Shown piece after piece: positions 17,999-26,772 of a stretch of 32,000 nucleotides of DNA. Origin of the DNA: an uncultured Muribaculaceae bacterium (GTDB lineage: Bacteria; Bacillota_I; Bacilli_A; RF39; UBA660); contig CAZFXQ010000003.1 of assembly GCA_964523265.1 (NCBI GenBank), positions 1 to 32,000 of the forward strand, in the 5' to 3' direction. Position 1 is the first letter of the stretch, and every line of letters starts with the position of its first letter. Made by a program: the position numbers and the translations under genes. The notes below the pieces were generated by a model. The model was not told where the DNA came from, searched no databases, and saw only the letters and a list, made by a program, of their open reading frames with translations.

Positions 17999-18898
17999 CT
18001 AAAACTTCTTAATTCCATAAACTCCTATTGATTGATAAGCATCTGTAGTTAAAACAACAGCTTTTGGATCGATTTCATAAACCCCATCTTTAACTTTAAA
18101 ATAATCACTGTTAGATACAATACACATAATCATTTCGTCTTTTTTATATGTGTAGCCACCTTTTGTCTCAATAAGGGTAACTCCTAATTTCAATTCATTT
18201 AATAAGTAATTACATATTTCATTATCTTTATTAGTTGTTATATAAACAGCTTTATTTCTTGATATACCAAGCATTACTTTATCAACTATGACATTCATTA
18301 TATAAAGTATTATTAGTGCATATAAAACCCTTGTTACACCAAAGAAAAAACCACCTAGAATAACAATAATACCATCTACTATTAAAAGTGATGTGCCTAT
18401 TGATACTTTAAAATATTTTGAAATAATTTGGTTTAATATGTCTGTTCCACCCGTTGTATAGCCGCTTCGAAAAATAATTCCAGCAGCAAAACCAACACAT
18501 ACGCCACCAACTATTGATATTAATAACAAATTATCATTTTGAATAACAATATAATTTCCTACACCACTCGTTAACTTAATAAACAAAGGATATAAAATTG
18601 ATCCTACTACTGATTTTATAGTCATCTTCTTTCCTAAAAGGATTAAACTTAATATCAAAAGAAAAATGTTTACTATAAAAACAAATGTTGATGGATTAAT
18701 CTTATTTTTTAGTAGAATTGAAATTCCTGTAACTCCACCATACACCAAATCATTTTCTATAAATAATAAATTATATGCTAAAGAATATATTAAAACACCT
18801 AAAATAAGATAAAAATAATTTCTTATAACATGTTCACTTTCTATCCTTTTTAATATATCTTGACTACCTATTAATTTCATTTTTCCAAATAGCCTCAT
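17999..18898 (-). CDS. YitT-family membrane protein (DUF2179 C-terminal domain)
   Basis: 299 aa with five or six TM helices and a C-terminal soluble domain (VTLIETKGGYTYKKDEMIMCIVS), typical of the YitT family. Confidence 0.7.
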   Translation of the reverse strand: MRLFGKMKLIGSQDILKRIESEHVIRNYFYLILGVLIYSLAYNLLFIENDLVYGGVTGISILLKNKINPSTFVFIVNIFLLILSLILLGKKMTIKSVVGSILYPLFIKLTSGVGNYIVIQNDNLLLISIVGGVCVGFAAGIIFRSGYTTGGTDILNQIISKYFKVSIGTSLLIVDGIIVILGGFFFGVTRVLYALIILYIMNVIVDKVMLGISRNKAVYITTNKDNEICNYLLNELKLGVTLIETKGGYTYKKDEMIMCIVSNSDYFKVKDGVYEIDPKAVVLTTDAYQSIGVYGIKKF

Positions 18899-18902
18899 TA
18901 AA

Positions 18903-19983
18903 TCACCCCTTTAAATTAGCTTCTATAAACTCATCAATATTACCATCTAAAATTTTATTAACATTTGATGACTCAAAATTTGTCCTATGATCTTTTATTA
19001 ATGAGTAAGGATGCATAACATAACTCCTAATTTGTGAACCAAATTCAACTTTATTATGGTCACTTTTTATATTTTTAATATTATCTTCTTGTTCTTTCAA
19101 TCTTATTTGATATAACTTACTTTTTAATACTTCAAGAGCAATTTCTTTATTTTTTATTTGACTTCTTTCGTTTTGACAAGTAACTACTATACCAGTTGGG
19201 ATATGTGTTATACGTACAGCACTATCTGTTGTATTAACACCTTGTCCACCTGCTCCACTACTTCTATAAACATCTATCTTAAGTTCATTTTCTTTTATAT
19301 CAATATTTATATTATTATCTATTTCAGGTATTACATCAACTGCTGCAAAAGAAGTATGTCTTTTATGATTTGAATCAAATGGTGATAATCTAACTAACCT
19401 ATGAACACCCTTTTCATTTTTTAAATATCCATATGCATATTTCCCTTTTACAATATATGATACACTCTTTATCCCAACTTCCTCACCTGGTTGTTCATCT
19501 ATTTTTTCATATTTATATCCCTTTTTATCAAAATATTTTAAATACATTCTATTAAGCATCATAGCCCAATCACAACTTTCCGTTCCACCTGCTCCGGCAT
19601 GAAGTTCAAATATAACATTATTATTATCATACTCACCAGATAAATATGTATCTATTTCTTTCTCCTTTAAAGAATTTAAAACTTCTTCATATAATTTTTG
19701 AAATTCAATTTTAATTTCTTCATCTATGTCATCATTAAATTCTACATATTGATTAAGAACATCTATATCTTTTTTTAATTTATGCATAGAATTACATATA
19801 TCATCTATATCATTTAATTTCTTTGTAATTTCTTCTGCATTTTTCACATCATTCCATATATCTTTTTTTTCAATCTCTTTTTTTAAATTTTCTCTTTCTT
19901 TTTCTAGCTTTTCTAACTCAAAGTCCCCTCCATATTTGGTTATATAATTTATTTAAATTTTCTATATCTTTATTGCTAAACAT
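18903..19983 (-). CDS. prfB: Peptide chain release factor 2, expressed via programmed +1 frameshift
   Basis: ORF0 is ATG 19983 .. CTT 19923-19921 (MFSNKDIENLNKLYNQIWRGL) followed by an in-frame TGA (19920..19918). The +1 frame continues as ELEKLEKERENLKKEIEKKDIWNDVKNAEEI and joins the track ORF. The SPF tripeptide (RLSPFDS) and GGQ motif (SGAGGQGVN) are present. Confidence 0.95.
19918..19929 (-). promoter_or_regulatory. RF2 autoregulatory +1 frameshift site (SD-like AGGGGA followed by CTT TGA)
   Basis: The minus strand reads TGG AGG GGA CTT TGA G, the classical prfB recoding cassette. Confidence 0.9.
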
Positions 19984-20031
19984 AATACTCACCCATTATC
20001 CAGTATAACATATTTTCTGCTTTATTTAAAC

Positions 20032-20063
20032 AAAAAAAAAGATAAATACAACAACTATTTATC
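20032..20063 (-). terminator. Rho-independent terminator after alr
   Basis: GATAAATA (20041..20048) pairs with TATTTATC (20056..20063). On the minus strand it is followed by T9 (20032..20040). Confidence 0.7.
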
Positions 20064-20071
20064 CTTTTGTA

Positions 20072-21151
20072 TTAATATGTATTTTTTCTTGATATTCTTG
20101 ACGAAATTGTACATAATATTTCATAATTTATTGTCCCACATTTACTAGATAATTCTTCCAATGTTATTCTCTCATTATCCCAAATTATCACTTCATCACC
20201 AATTTTTACACCATCTATATTTGTTACATCAACCATAAAACTATCCATACAAATATTACCAATTATGTTTGCTTTTTCTCCGTTTATAATTACATAGAAA
20301 TTATTAGATAGACTTCTTCTAAAACCATCTGCATAACCAATTGGAACCGTTGCTATCTTTGTTTTCTTATTTGTTATATATGTTCCACCATAACTTATTT
20401 TTTTACCCTTTTCAATTTCTTTTAAGAATATAATTTTTGATTTTAATTTTGCTATTGGTTTTATTTTTATTTTATCATAAGTATCAAAAGATGCCTTGTA
20501 TCCATATAAAATAATACCCGGTCTTACTAAATTATAATATGCTTCAGGAAAGTTTAAGATCCCATTAGATGCACATGCATGTACATACTTTATTTCTTTT
20601 AAAACTTCCTTGGCAAAATTTAATCCAATATCGAATAGTTTTATCTGCTTTTTTGTATACTCATAATCAGTATCTGCGCAAGAAAAATGAGTATAAATTC
20701 CTTCAACTATAATATTTTTAGGTAACATACTTAAAAACTCTTTCACTTCATATGGGCTTATGCCTGTTCTACCCATACCTGTTTCAAGTTCTAAATGAAT
20801 CTTTAAATTTCTTTTTTTTACTTTGTTTATAAATTCTTTTGAACACACACCTATTGTTATATTATTTTTAATTATTTTATCTATCTCGGTTTCATAGGGT
20901 TGGTTTAAAACAAATATTTCTTTCTTATATCCAATATTTCTTATTTCTACAGCTTCATCAACGGTTGCCACAGCAACTATTTTAAATTCATTTAATATAT
21001 CTAAATTATTATTTATATATGTTCCATAGGCATTAGCCTTCACAACTGGCATTATATCAACTTTTGAACCAATCATTTTTTTTATTTGTTCAATATTAAT
21101 TTTTAAATCATTTAAACTAACTTCCATACACGCAGGTCTTGTTATGTTCAT
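20072..21151 (-). CDS. alr: Alanine racemase
   Basis: PLP-lysine motif MPVVKANAYG near the N-terminus, 359 aa, typical two-domain length, conserved C-terminal region (PIGYADGFRR...GNICMD). Confidence 0.9.
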   Translation of the reverse strand: MNITRPACMEVSLNDLKINIEQIKKMIGSKVDIMPVVKANAYGTYINNNLDILNEFKIVAVATVDEAVEIRNIGYKKEIFVLNQPYETEIDKIIKNNITIGVCSKEFINKVKKRNLKIHLELETGMGRTGISPYEVKEFLSMLPKNIIVEGIYTHFSCADTDYEYTKKQIKLFDIGLNFAKEVLKEIKYVHACASNGILNFPEAYYNLVRPGIILYGYKASFDTYDKIKIKPIAKLKSKIIFLKEIEKGKKISYGGTYITNKKTKIATVPIGYADGFRRSLSNNFYVIINGEKANIIGNICMDSFMVDVTNIDGVKIGDEVIIWDNERITLEELSSKCGTINYEILCTISSRISRKNTY

Positions 21152-21196
21152 AAATTCACCCTTTACTATATAATATAGTATTCAACTTAAATTTTA

Positions 21197-22048
21197 TTAC
21201 ATATTATCCAAACTAATTTTGGCATCCGCCCTATCTTCTAAAAGATTAGGATTTTCAATTATATACTCTAATATTTTAAATGCTTTAATCATATAAAAAC
21301 CATCTGCTATACGCTCATCAAAATTAATGCCGAATTTTACGGTTTTAATTATCTTTTCTTTTCCGTTTATAACTTTTATATTATCTTTTATTTCACCAAT
21401 AGAAGTTATTGAAGAGCAAGTGCCAAAATTTGTATTATTGTGATAAATGGAATCAGATTTTAATGAACCTATATCAGTTACTATAGCTGATGAAAAATAT
21501 AAATTATCTTCTTGTAAACTCTTTGGTAAAACGCCTACTTTATCTGTCCACTTTAACACACCTACCAAAGGAACTCTTATAATATTAGGTAATTTACCAA
21601 TAACATCAATCGCAGAATTTGCACCCTTCCTTTGCATTTTTTTTGCTCTTAATTCTTTTACTTTATCTCCTATCTTTTTTGAGATAATATCTATATTATC
21701 ATCTGGTTTTATATCTACTAACATCATTACTTCTTCAGAATCATCTTCAAATTCTACTTTTGCAACAAATGATATAATAACGTTTGTATGTTCATACATA
21801 TGTCTATTAGCTACATATCTATTTAGTTTTGGCCTATTATATAGTGTTTTTGCGAGCGCCATAACAAATGCATGAAAATATGTGATTTTTTCACCATTTT
21901 GTCTTTTTTTATCCACATAATTGACTAAATTAGTGGCATTAATATCTGTGTTTAAAAACACATCTGCATCACATCTTCTTGGTTTTAAATCAATCAATAT
22001 CTGACTCATACCACCTATCTTTATTCTTTTACTTTCTTTTCTCGACAT
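21197..22048 (-). CDS. Stand-alone 2-oxoacid-dehydrogenase E2/CAT-like acyltransferase-fold protein with an altered active-site motif
   Basis: The C-terminal motif INFDERIADGFYMIKAF aligns with the E2 catalytic DHRxxDG motif, but Glu replaces His (nt 21299..21319). There is no lipoyl domain. Confidence 0.55.
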   Translation of the reverse strand: MSRKESKRIKIGGMSQILIDLKPRRCDADVFLNTDINATNLVNYVDKKRQNGEKITYFHAFVMALAKTLYNRPKLNRYVANRHMYEHTNVIISFVAKVEFEDDSEEVMMLVDIKPDDNIDIISKKIGDKVKELRAKKMQRKGANSAIDVIGKLPNIIRVPLVGVLKWTDKVGVLPKSLQEDNLYFSSAIVTDIGSLKSDSIYHNNTNFGTCSSITSIGEIKDNIKVINGKEKIIKTVKFGINFDERIADGFYMIKAFKILEYIIENPNLLEDRADAKISLDNM

Positions 22049-22077
22049 TTGACTATACTCCTTATACCTAATATTAG

Positions 22078-22653
22078 TTAAAATTTTAACTCTTTTCTCA
22101 AAATTTCCTTAACTTCTTCCAATGGTTTATCATTTGCTATATTAATAACATTAATAGTTTCGTATTTTTCTTTAACCTCTTCAGCCATTTTTAAGTACAT
22201 ATTCTGTTGAGCAATACTGTTATCTAAAGAGTATTTTGAAGCCGCAAAAACAGCTTTACCATCTCTTTTTAATCTTTCTACATACAAATTTGTATTTTCT
22301 AAATACAATGTAATATAATATATTTCAAAATCTAGTTTGCTAAAGTCATACAACAATTTTTCATATACATCTGTAAAATCATATTCCTTTTTACCCAAAC
22401 GGCAATAGTTTTCCTCTGTAAAAAAAGTTCTATCAAAAAGTAAATTAATACTACAATTCTCTAATTTTTTAATATAATCTAGCAAATTAATATACATATC
22501 ATGTGCTTTTTTCTTGCCAGAAAACGATGTGTCCTTGGTACCACTTAATCTATATAAATTTGTACATGGTAGTGAATTTCTTAAAAAATCAGTAATTGTT
22601 GTCTTACCAACACCTTGTGGTCCTTCTACCACTATTAATTTTGAATTTGCCAT
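22078..22653 (-). CDS. P-loop kinase (thymidylate/deoxynucleoside-kinase-like)
   Basis: N-terminal Walker A LIVVEGPQGVGKTT, about 190 aa, a size typical of NMP/dNK-fold kinases. Confidence 0.55.
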   Translation of the reverse strand: MANSKLIVVEGPQGVGKTTITDFLRNSLPCTNLYRLSGTKDTSFSGKKKAHDMYINLLDYIKKLENCSINLLFDRTFFTEENYCRLGKKEYDFTDVYEKLLYDFSKLDFEIYYITLYLENTNLYVERLKRDGKAVFAASKYSLDNSIAQQNMYLKMAEEVKEKYETINVINIANDKPLEEVKEILRKELKF

Positions 22654-22778
22654 AAAAAATCTCCTTTATCATTTTATATAATTATAACACAATTAACAGA
22701 GCATTTTCTTATTTTTTTAAATAAAAGAATAATAAATATGATATAATAAATAGGAAAAAGAGATAAAAAGGTGATAAA

Positions 22779-23483
22779 ATGATAAGTTTTATAATATGTG
22801 AAGATAACAAAGGAGCAACAGAGATATATAAAAGAATAATAAATAAAGCGTTGATAAAATATGACATAGAATATAAAATTTATACATTTGAAAAATATAA
22901 TGAGAAATTAAAAAAAATAATAGAAGAGCCACAAGAATTAAAAATATATATAATGGATCTTGCAATGCCAGTAAAAAGTGGTATAGAAATAACAAAGCAA
23001 ATAAGAAAACAAGATTGGGATAGTCAAGTAATAATACTAACAGCACACGAAGAATTAGAATTAAGAATGTTAAAACAAAAACTATTGATAATAGATTTTA
23101 TATCAAAATTTGAAGATTATGAGAAGAGATTAACAGAGACAATAAAATTAATAATAAAACAAAGAAAAAGTATGAATACAATAATAGTGAAATCAGAAAA
23201 GATAATTCACAAAATAAAACTAGAAGACATATTGTACATATATAAAGAAAATGGAAGTGCAAACACAAATATAGTAACCAAAACAAAAGAATATAAAGTA
23301 AGAGAAAGTTTAATTAAATTAGAACAAAAATTAGATAATAGATTCTGTAAAACACACAGAAGTTGTATAGTAAACAAAGATAAAATAAAAAAAATAAATT
23401 TTAAAGAAAAAGAAATAAGCATGGAAGGGAATAAAAAAGTAGATTATTTATCACGAAATTACAAGAAGAATCTGAAGGTGTAA
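22779..23483 (+). CDS. LytTR-family response regulator (AgrA-like)
   Basis: Receiver domain with the phospho-acceptor context IYIMDLAMP. The C-terminal LytTR DNA-binding domain reads LEDILYIYKENGSANTNIVTKTKEYKVRESLIKLEQKL...FCKTHRSCIVN. Confidence 0.88.
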   Translation: MISFIICEDNKGATEIYKRIINKALIKYDIEYKIYTFEKYNEKLKKIIEEPQELKIYIMDLAMPVKSGIEITKQIRKQDWDSQVIILTAHEELELRMLKQKLLIIDFISKFEDYEKRLTETIKLIIKQRKSMNTIIVKSEKIIHKIKLEDILYIYKENGSANTNIVTKTKEYKVRESLIKLEQKLDNRFCKTHRSCIVNKDKIKKINFKEKEISMEGNKKVDYLSRNYKKNLKV

Positions 23484-23485
23484 CA

Positions 23486-24802
23486 ATGGAAATAGAAAAA
23501 ATATTATATAGTATAATAGGAGGAATATTTCAAGGATTAGGGACAAGTATAATAATAAAACGCCAAATACCAGAAATAAGTACCAAAAGATTTATAATAA
23601 TAAACATAATATTAATGATATATGGATCAATATCAATTTTATATATAGATAATGAATTTAGATTTTTAAGTTTTTTGATGGTTGTAACAATAACAATATA
23701 TTTTATAGTAAAAATAAGAGATAAAAGAGCAATATTATATGCATTTATAACAGAAATAATAAATTCAATATCAGAAATAGTAATATCAATAGTATTGCTA
23801 TTAATAATAGGAATAGATTCAAAATTAATGATAACAGATTATAAAATCAATTTAATAGCAAATATAAGTATGTCAATGTTTGGGATCATACTAATAATGT
23901 TTAAAAAAACGAAAGAGATAGCAAAGAAGATAATAGGATTATTTGAAAAAAATAAAAAATTAATAAATTATTTTTATGTGTTTATAGTAGTATTGTATTT
24001 ATTGGTATTAAAAAATGGATTTGAGTTTTTAGTAAAAACAAATTACTATATAAATGTGTTATTTATACTAGGATTATTTGTTATTTTAGTAATGATGATA
24101 AGTAATGAGAGAAAAAAAGAAAGTTTAAAAGAGCAATATAAACAAATGTTAAGTTATGTAACCAAATATGAAAAAATAATAACAGAACAAGGCAAAGCAA
24201 ATCATGAATATAAAAATCAATTAATGGTAATAAGAGGATATGCTCAAATGAATAATATACCGAAGTTAACTGCATATTTAGATTCAATAATAAAGGATTA
24301 TAAGAAAACACAAAGTAGTTACTTAATAAAAGAATTAAATAAGTTTCCAGAAGGAGGAATAAAGGGATTATTATATTATAAGTTATCAATGATGGAAGAT
24401 GAAAAGATAAAATATATAATAGATGTTGAAAGTGGTATAAAAACAAAGTTAAAAGGATTAAAAGTAGAAGAATATAAAAACATAACAAAAATATTAGGCG
24501 TATTATTAGATAATGCAATAGAATCAAGTAAGAAATCAAAAAAGAAGAATGTAATAATAAACGTAGAAAAAAGTAAAAACGAAGTAATATTTAGTGTTTC
24601 AAACACGTACAAAGGAAAGATAAAAATAGAAAAGATAGGTACAGGATACACAAGTAAAGGAACAAAGCACGGATACGGACTTAAGTTAGTAAAAGACATA
24701 ATAGAAAACAATAAAGGATATGGTATGAATAATTATTTAGAAGATGATTATTATGTTTGTAAATTAAAAGTTAATATTAATAGGAAAACAAAAAGAAGTT
24801 AA
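23486..24802 (+). CDS. AgrC-like (HPK10-type) membrane histidine kinase
   Basis: About 200 aa polytopic N-terminus (6 or more TM helices), H-box NHEYKNQLMVI, N-box LLDNAIESS, G-box HGYGLKLV. It starts 3 nt after the regulator gene's stop codon. Confidence 0.85.
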   Translation: MEIEKILYSIIGGIFQGLGTSIIIKRQIPEISTKRFIIINIILMIYGSISILYIDNEFRFLSFLMVVTITIYFIVKIRDKRAILYAFITEIINSISEIVISIVLLLIIGIDSKLMITDYKINLIANISMSMFGIILIMFKKTKEIAKKIIGLFEKNKKLINYFYVFIVVLYLLVLKNGFEFLVKTNYYINVLFILGLFVILVMMISNERKKESLKEQYKQMLSYVTKYEKIITEQGKANHEYKNQLMVIRGYAQMNNIPKLTAYLDSIIKDYKKTQSSYLIKELNKFPEGGIKGLLYYKLSMMEDEKIKYIIDVESGIKTKLKGLKVEEYKNITKILGVLLDNAIESSKKSKKKNVIINVEKSKNEVIFSVSNTYKGKIKIEKIGTGYTSKGTKHGYGLKLVKDIIENNKGYGMNNYLEDDYYVCKLKVNINRKTKRS

Positions 24803-24821
24803 TCTATAATGATTAACTTCT
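24794..24821. terminator. Bidirectional hairpin between the convergent kinase and agrD-like genes
   Basis: Perfect 11-bp stem AGAAGTTAATC/GATTAACTTCT with loop TATAAT. It overlaps the kinase stop and is flanked by an A-run and a T-run. Confidence 0.7.
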
Positions 24822-24825
24822 CTTT

Positions 24826-24951
24826 TTATCTTTCTATCATTGATTTAGGCATTTGTGGTTCATCAATGAAAACAAATGCACATCCTGCTGTAGCAGCACT
24901 TGCTACTAAAGCCCCTAATGCTGAAACTACTGAAATAACTATAGCTTTCAT
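24826..24951 (-). CDS. agrD: AgrD-like autoinducing-peptide precursor (41 aa), not in the ORF track
   Basis: Manual translation gives MKAIVISVVSALGALVASAATAGCAFVFIDEPQMPKSMIER. A perfect AAGGAGG RBS lies 7 nt upstream, and the gene sits 36 nt downstream of agrB. The sequence has an amphipathic leader, a single Cys plus 4 hydrophobic residues, and an acidic proline-rich tail. Confidence 0.8.
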   Translation of the reverse strand: MKAIVISVVSALGALVASAATAGCAFVFIDEPQMPKSMIER

Positions 24952-24987
24952 GTTTTTACCTCCTTATAATTAATTTATCTAAACACT

Positions 24988-25596
24988 TTAATTTGTGTTT
25001 AAACCATATGTTTTGTAATTATTATAAGGCATTTTAAAAGCCTTATATGTTAATGGCAATATTAATATACATTCTATTACAACACCTATTGTTAAACAAT
25101 TAATTATTAAGTTGTTTTTGATTATTAATGAAAAAACTAAATATATTAGTAAAACCATTATTGATAGAAGTTTATATTTTAATCTACGCTGTTTTTTTAT
25201 TAATGGTCGTTTTTCTGTATCTGCAGGTGCATAAATTAAAAATAATACTAGCATTGATATGTAAATAATAGTTATAATCAACTTTGGTATTATTAGAATG
25301 CTACATAAGTAAGCTCCAAGAATAAAAATCAATAAAGAAAAGGTAAGACAGTGCCAACTTTTTGATGCATGCATTCCAAATGCAAATAAACGAATAAAAT
25401 TATAAGTTAATAATAGTAAAATTAATTCCTTGAAGATATTAAATATAATTGCGACTAAAAATATTACAATAGCTTTAGTAATAGTTAAATATAAACCTTC
25501 AATACCATACATTATTTCATCTATTTTCTCTTTGCTATAATTCTTGTTTTTATTTGTAATTTCTTTTTTTATATATTTTAAAAAACGTTTTTTCAT
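24988..25596 (-). CDS. agrB: AgrB-family accessory gene regulator protein (AIP-processing membrane peptidase)
   Basis: 202 aa, polytopic. The conserved AgrB-type segment RLFAFGMHASKSWHC contains the catalytic-type His and Cys. It lies directly upstream of the agrD-like ORF. Confidence 0.85.
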   Translation of the reverse strand: MKKRFLKYIKKEITNKNKNYSKEKIDEIMYGIEGLYLTITKAIVIFLVAIIFNIFKELILLLLTYNFIRLFAFGMHASKSWHCLTFSLLIFILGAYLCSILIIPKLIITIIYISMLVLFLIYAPADTEKRPLIKKQRRLKYKLLSIMVLLIYLVFSLIIKNNLIINCLTIGVVIECILILPLTYKAFKMPYNNYKTYGLNTN

Positions 25597-25894
25597 ACAG
25601 CACCTCGTCTTTTATAACGCAATTATATATTATAAAAATTTCTTTTTAATATTTCTTTTATCTAAATTCAAATTAATTACTGTAAAAGGAAAACAAATGA
25701 TTTTTTTTGAAATAAAATGCACTTTATAACAAAAAAACTACCTTTTAAATCAAAAATATAAAATCAGATTATATTTTTGATAATATTATATTTGGGTATT
25801 TTTTGTCGAATTTTGACGTATCATTATTATTGAAAAATCAAGCCCACAAGCGTTATATTATTTATGTAATAAGAAGGGAAGCGAGGTGTAATAA

Positions 25895-26113
25895 ATGAAG
25901 TTAGGAAGAATCAAATGGTTTAATAACGAAAAAGGTTATGGCTTTATTGAATTAGAAAATAGCGAAGATATTTTTGTTCATTATTCTGCAATAAAACAAG
26001 ATGGTTATAAAACTCTTTCTGAAGGCCAAATAGTTGAATATGAGCTTATTAAAACCGAAAAAGGTTTACAAGCTATTAATGTAAAAGAAGTATCAAATGC
26101 TACTGTTTGTTAG
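25895..26113 (+). CDS. Cold-shock protein (CspA family)
   Basis: RNP1/RNP2 motifs [12 protein letters not shown] and DIFVHYSAI, 72 aa, with a GAGGTG RBS. Confidence 0.93.
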   Translation: MKLGRIKWFNNEKGYGFIELENSEDIFVHYSAIKQDGYKTLSEGQIVEYELIKTEKGLQAINVKEVSNATVC

Positions 26114-26127
26114 TAGCATTTATTTTT
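26095..26127 (+). terminator. Terminator overlapping the csp stop codon
   Basis: 10-bp stem AAATGCTACT/AGTAGCATTT followed by ATTTTT. Confidence 0.7.
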
Positions 26128-26162
26128 ATAATATGTTATAATTATGTCAAGGAGGATTTGAT

Positions 26163-26693
26163 ATGAAATATAATATTCGTGGTGAAAATACAGAAATAAC
26201 TTCATCAATAAGAAAATATATCGAAGAAAAAATAGGAAAGTTAGGCAAGTATTTTGAAGATTCTGATTTGTTAAATGTTAATGTTTTAATTAAAATACGT
26301 GGTAAAGAACAAAAAATTGAAATTACTATACCTGCTTCCCATTTTACATTAAGGAGCGAGGAGTCACATGAAGATTTATATGCCGCAATTGATCTTACAG
26401 TTGATAAATTAGAAAGACAAATTAGAAAAAATAAAACAAAATTAAATTCTAAAATAAAGAAAAATATAATTAGTAATTTTGAATTGGATTTAGAAGATAG
26501 TTTTGATTTTGATGATTCGAAAGTTTTAAAAAGAAAAAAATTAGATATGAAACCTATGGATGAAGAAGAAGCTATTCTTCAAATGAATATGTTAGGTCAT
26601 TCGTTCTTTGTTTTTAAAAATACTGATACTGATTCTGTTTGTGTTCTTTATATTAGAAAAGACGGTAATTATGGTATTATTGAAACAAAATAA
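26163..26693 (+). CDS. hpf: Ribosome hibernation promoting factor (long HPF)
   Basis: N-terminal sigma-54-modulation/RaiA domain (MKYNIRGENTEITSSIRKYIEEKIGKL) and the C-terminal dimerisation domain of long HPFs (MDEEEAILQMNMLGHSFFVFKN). It is in the conserved position upstream of secA. Confidence 0.9.
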   Translation: MKYNIRGENTEITSSIRKYIEEKIGKLGKYFEDSDLLNVNVLIKIRGKEQKIEITIPASHFTLRSEESHEDLYAAIDLTVDKLERQIRKNKTKLNSKIKKNIISNFELDLEDSFDFDDSKVLKRKKLDMKPMDEEEAILQMNMLGHSFFVFKNTDTDSVCVLYIRKDGNYGIIETK

Positions 26694-26703
26694 TAGTGTT
26701 ATT

Positions 26704-26743
26704 AGAAAATAATTAAATTATCTTTAATTATTTTCTTTTTTTT
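26704..26743 (+). terminator. Strong hairpin terminator or attenuator between hpf and secA
   Basis: Perfect 14-bp stem AGAAAATAATTAAA/TTTAATTATTTTCT followed by T7. An extended -10 (TGTTAAAAT) follows immediately, before secA. Confidence 0.75.
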
Positions 26744-26772
26744 GTTAAAATATTTATTAGGGAGATGATAAC

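Noticed and set aside
22789-24711. Five long antisense ORFs (85, 62, 71, 152 and 111 aa) opposite the response regulator and histidine kinase genes.
   Set aside because: They are a by-product of the extreme A-richness and T-poorness of the sense strand, which leaves few stop codons on the complement. The translations are Leu/Phe/Ile repeats with no RBS. The compositional cause itself is reported as a finding.
22654-25894. LytTR/AgrA-type direct-repeat binding sites (9-bp repeats with a 12-bp spacer) in the promoter regions of the regulator (22654..22778) and agrB (25597..25894).
   Set aside because: Single ACAGTAATT-like and TAACA-N4-TAACA elements exist, but I could not find a properly spaced repeat pair. 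In DNA this AT-rich, such partial matches are not meaningful without a motif search.
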